DNA of 64,000 nucleotides from Malacoraja senta. Lineage: Eukaryota. The notes under the pieces were generated by a model, which saw nothing but the letters and a program-made list of their open reading frames with translations, searched no databases and was not told the origin of the DNA. This document shows, in pieces, positions 60,301-64,000 of the stretch. The position numbers were made by a program, and so were the translations under genes. Location: positions 85,622,001 through 85,686,000 of the forward strand of contig CM075977.1 in the NCBI GenBank assembly GCA_038087875.1. The letters run 5' to 3'. Every line of letters starts with the position of its first letter. Position 1 is the first letter of the stretch.

Positions 60301-63129
60301 TCTGGGGTATCATTAGGCTCAAAGAAAAGTTCCATCTGTTGTTTTAAGTATATACAACTGTCCGGGTTGTTTAAAATTTGGGGATTGAACCTCCAAAACA
60401 ATTTTTTATTGAACATTCCTTCTAGTTTTAGGAAGAAGGTCAATGGAGAATGATTAGAGATGACACTATTATGATATTTAGGATTAGTTGTAAAGATAAT
60501 TAATTTTGTGTCCACTAGGAAGTAGTCGATACATGTATAGGTTTTATGAATAAAACCTCCTGTTCTGATGAATAAAAGGAGTATTCCCTTCCGGCCGGGT
60601 TTGCAATCCTCCATACATCTGTTATATTTGTGTTTTTTATGTATGTATTTAAAAGTTCACTGGATTTTGATTTTATATTAAGTCTCTTTTGTTGGGCAGA
60701 TTTATCTAGATATTGATCCAGAATGCAATTGAAATCTCCCCCAATTATCACATTTTGGTAATTGTACTCAGAAATTATATTCAGGATGTTATTAAAAAAT
60801 TGCAGATTATCAAAATTAGGAGCATAAATATTTACCATGGTGAGTGGAGTAGAATGTATCTCTCCAGTAATTATGACATCCCTCTTTGTCTGCGATGGTA
60901 TTCTTATGTTTAAATGGTATGCCTTTACGAATTATAATTGCGGTACCCCTAGATTTAGTGAGATAGGAGGAGTGATATGTTTGACCGATCCAATTTGCCT
61001 TCAGCCTGGTCTGAGCTTGAACTTTCAAATGTGTTTACTGTAGAAATATGATATCAGCATTGAGTGATTTTAATTGGGCAAGAATCCTACCCCTTTTAAT
61101 TGGCTCGTTAGTGCCCCTTATGTTCCAGCTACAAAACGTAATTCCTCCAATTTTCTTTTGCGCGTCGTCTTGCATTATAAATTACATTGGTACCTTTATT
61201 TCAGATGTTGCAACACAATACCTCAAGCTCTGGGTGTTGGGTGGATGCTCACAGCTGCTAAACTGTTGGTATATCCCTTGAAAATGTGCCCTTAAAGAAA
61301 AAATCAAAAGAAGTGCTAAATAACATAAACATTGTGAAAAAACAGTATTTAAAAAAAAATACTGCGAGAAAAAAACACCAAATGGTGGGAGAAAAATTCT
61401 TGAAACCTTCCGTAGATGTAAAGTTGCATTAAGCTCCGTTCCCTTAAACAAGTATTGTAAAAAAGAAAGAACAGTTCAAAACCGGGTAATATAGAGAAAA
61501 CCATCGAACATGTAGTTCTACTGATACCTTAAACTGGACAAGTATTTACTATTTACTATTTAATTACCGTATTTAACTTAGCAGACAAAGCCCAGTATAT
61601 TTAAGTAAGAAACTGCAGGTTGGAAGGGGTTAACCAAAATTGCAATCTTGGCTGCTTGCCAACTGTTTCACTCCCTTCCAGCCTGATTCCTTGTTAGTTT
61701 ATCTTGAGCGTAACTGGGAATTTGTCTTCCCGAATCGATTACACATATTTTAGTATATTAGTATATTAATCCAACAGATTTAACTAGCGATCATAAATCT
61801 ACAGCATGTTCATTATGGACTTTTAAAAAAAAAGAATAATTATTCGGTTATGATAGTACATTTTAGATTAGAATACATGAGTTAGTCCAGTATTTTTGTG
61901 TTAGTATATAATTATTTATATCTTTTTATTAGTGAATTATTACATTCCGCTCCATTTAATTTAATTTTCTATGCTGCGTAGTTCCATTTTATTAAATCTT
62001 TCGTTCAAAAATAGTTTGTCCTTGAGTTTGCATTCCAAAGCTGATAAGGTGTCTAGACTTAAGCACATGTAAATTCGTCGGCCATCTTATCGGCAACATT
62101 TGTGCTTATATTTATTTAAAAAGTCATATTTTTTCAGTTTTCCCTCCACAGATATATATAAAAGGTAAACCTCCGGATAACCGTGACATTTTACTTATCC
62201 TTTAAAATCCTTTGTTAGCTCTTGTGCATATTTAAATGTTTCCACTGGATCAGTAAAGAAATGCTCCAAATCATTATATGTGATCCTCATTTTTGCAGGA
62301 TAAATTATCCCATATCTTAGGTTCGGAAATTCCTTTAAGGATCAGTCTTGTCTTTGTACAAAGGGCACATTTCTTAGCCACTTCTGCTGGATAGTCTCTA
62401 AAGAATCGTACGATTTCACCTTCAAACATCAGATTTTTTGCGAATGGATTTTTTTTCATAATGTCTTCAAGAGCTGCTATGTCGTGAAGTTTCACTATAA
62501 TCTGTCTTGGTGGGGCTCCTGGCCTTGAATGTGCTCTCTGAACTCGGTGTGCAACATCTACTTTTGTTTTTTCAGACAGCTTTAATACTTGTTTAAGTAA
62601 GTTGGCAGTGAAATCCCGAGGGTCCATTCCAGTCTCCTTTCCTTCTCTCCAACTATCCTTAAATTCTGCCAATTGTCTCAATAACTTGCTGATTTCCGAG
62701 CTCCATACTTGCAGACAGTGTGGAAATCTCCTTGTGTAGCATAACAGCAAAGTCTTTTGACACAGCTTCTCTTAAAGATTGTTCCTGTTCTTTTACTTTT
62801 GCTTCCATTTCAGCAATAAATCTATGTCCTTCAATTTCTTCTTCTTCAGATCCTTTTGGAGTTGTTTGAGGTGCCCTCCCCAAGTCTTTAGCGAGCAGTT
62901 TGGTCAGTCTTGTCGTGGGTCGTCTAGGTAAATTCCGTTTTGACATTAAAGTGGCGGTTTTCCCCGTTGGTTTACGGCGATTTCTGATGACGCCACTTAC
63001 GCGACATCAAGCATCCCCGGTGAGTTTTCCAATCAGTCCCGTTTCTTTAAAGGCTTCTTAGCGCTTTTTAGCACATTTTTCGGGAGCGGAGCTGAATGCT
63101 GCGCCTCTCACTGCTGCAGGGCGCCACCG
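57349..63129 (-). mobile_element. Near-full-length L1 lacking most of its 3' UTR and its poly-A
   Basis: 5' end CGGTGGCGC. ORF1 ~62946-62195 is frameshifted. ORF2 61175-57390 (MQDDAQKKIGGITFCSWN...YADD...WSPF) is frameshifted. Confidence 0.93.
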
Positions 63130-63765
63130 TCACCCATTCCTTCTCTCCAGAATGCTGCCTGTCCTGCTGAGTTACACTAGCATTTTGTGTCTATCTCCAG
63201 AGAACCTCCCCTGGTCTCACTCCACCTGAGGGTAGTTACTCACTAGTCCAGGTCTGGTGAAATATCTTGGTAGATCCTGGGTTGCTGCCATTGGAGGTCA
63301 ATCACTGTTGCACAGGCCAGGAAAGTCAAAGCTCCCAGCGGCACAGCAATGGACCAGCTCCTCAGCAAACAGGTCGACAGAATTTCACCGGCAAGCAAAT
63401 GGTGGGAAGGCCACCAGCTTGATGATCTGAGATCTCTCATCCAAATGGAAAAGAAGCTAAATGCCCACCGCTGTATCTGCAAATACCATTTGTCTGGTTA
63501 GAAGTCCAGGCCAATGGAGTGGCACTGCGGAAACATAAATCTCTTCCTTTAAAAGACTTATAATCCGAACAATCATTATTTCCTTCAAGAAATTTAATCA
63601 GCAAATAATGCGCAAAAGCTGCAATATTTTTGGAATTCATGGGGACATTGAGAGGTAACTGTAATTTTGACTGGACCCACAAAGGAGCAGCAATAATCAT
63701 CCTTCAGTCTGTAACAGTTCATGGGATCCCTTCACCACAAGTCGTCCTCATTTATTATAAATCAT

Positions 63766-63858
63766 CTGAAGAAGGGTCTCGACCCAAAACGTTGCCTATT
63801 TCCTTCCCTCCATAGATGCTGCCTCACCCGCTGAGTTTCTCCAGCATTTTTGTCTACC
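63766..63858 (+). mobile_element. Penelope-like short element (93 bp) beginning at the hammerhead core
   Basis: Perfect 13-bp TSD TATTATAAATCAT at 63753-63765 and 63859-63871. Starts CTGAAGAAGGGTCTCGACCCAAAACGTT. Confidence 0.8.
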
Positions 63859-64000
63859 TATTATAAATCATTGTTAAGTAGCAGAAAAAAGAATTTCACA
63901 CAATAAACATAATTCCACATAGTGCCATTTTAGTTGTCAAAGCACACTGACATTAAAGTATCCATTGTTCATTATTAAGTTTAGAAATACAGCATGGAAA

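Noticed and set aside
1-64000. CRISPR arrays, operons, rRNA or tRNA genes
   Set aside because: This is vertebrate DNA. There are no regularly spaced repeats, and the tRNA-like segments are SINE heads.

Overview
This is eukaryotic, not prokaryotic, DNA. The repeat content (HE1-like V-SINEs sharing tails with CR1 LINEs, fish-type L1, Rex1/Babar, Tc1) points to a cartilaginous fish, most likely a skate or ray; this is inferred, not verified. The only host protein-coding gene I can support is a two-exon bHLH gene of the musculin/TCF21 family on the minus strand (exon 1 CDS 6231-5794, exon 2 CDS 3612-3526, 174 aa), most likely MSC. The ~58 kb upstream of it is a gene-free, repeat-rich region. It holds a full-length L1 nested inside another L1 with a perfect 17-bp TSD, a second near-full-length L1 fused to a CR1 tail, CR1, Rex1-like, L2 and RTE fragments, V-SINEs, two Tc1 elements, a solo-LTR-like element and several MITE-like elements. 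There is a 135-N assembly gap at 18359-18493. The most notable non-obvious signals are: (1) a dispersed family of short, often palindromic, Penelope-like elements with 13-14 bp TSDs that carry a minimal type-I hammerhead ribozyme motif; (2) a family of ORF-less GC-rich retroelements with structurally conserved but sequence-divergent hairpins and Rex1-type tails; (3) an 886-bp GC-rich TIR element with an AT duplication. Most short ORFs in the ORF track are spurious or TE fragments. All family names come from recognition by eye; no searches were run.
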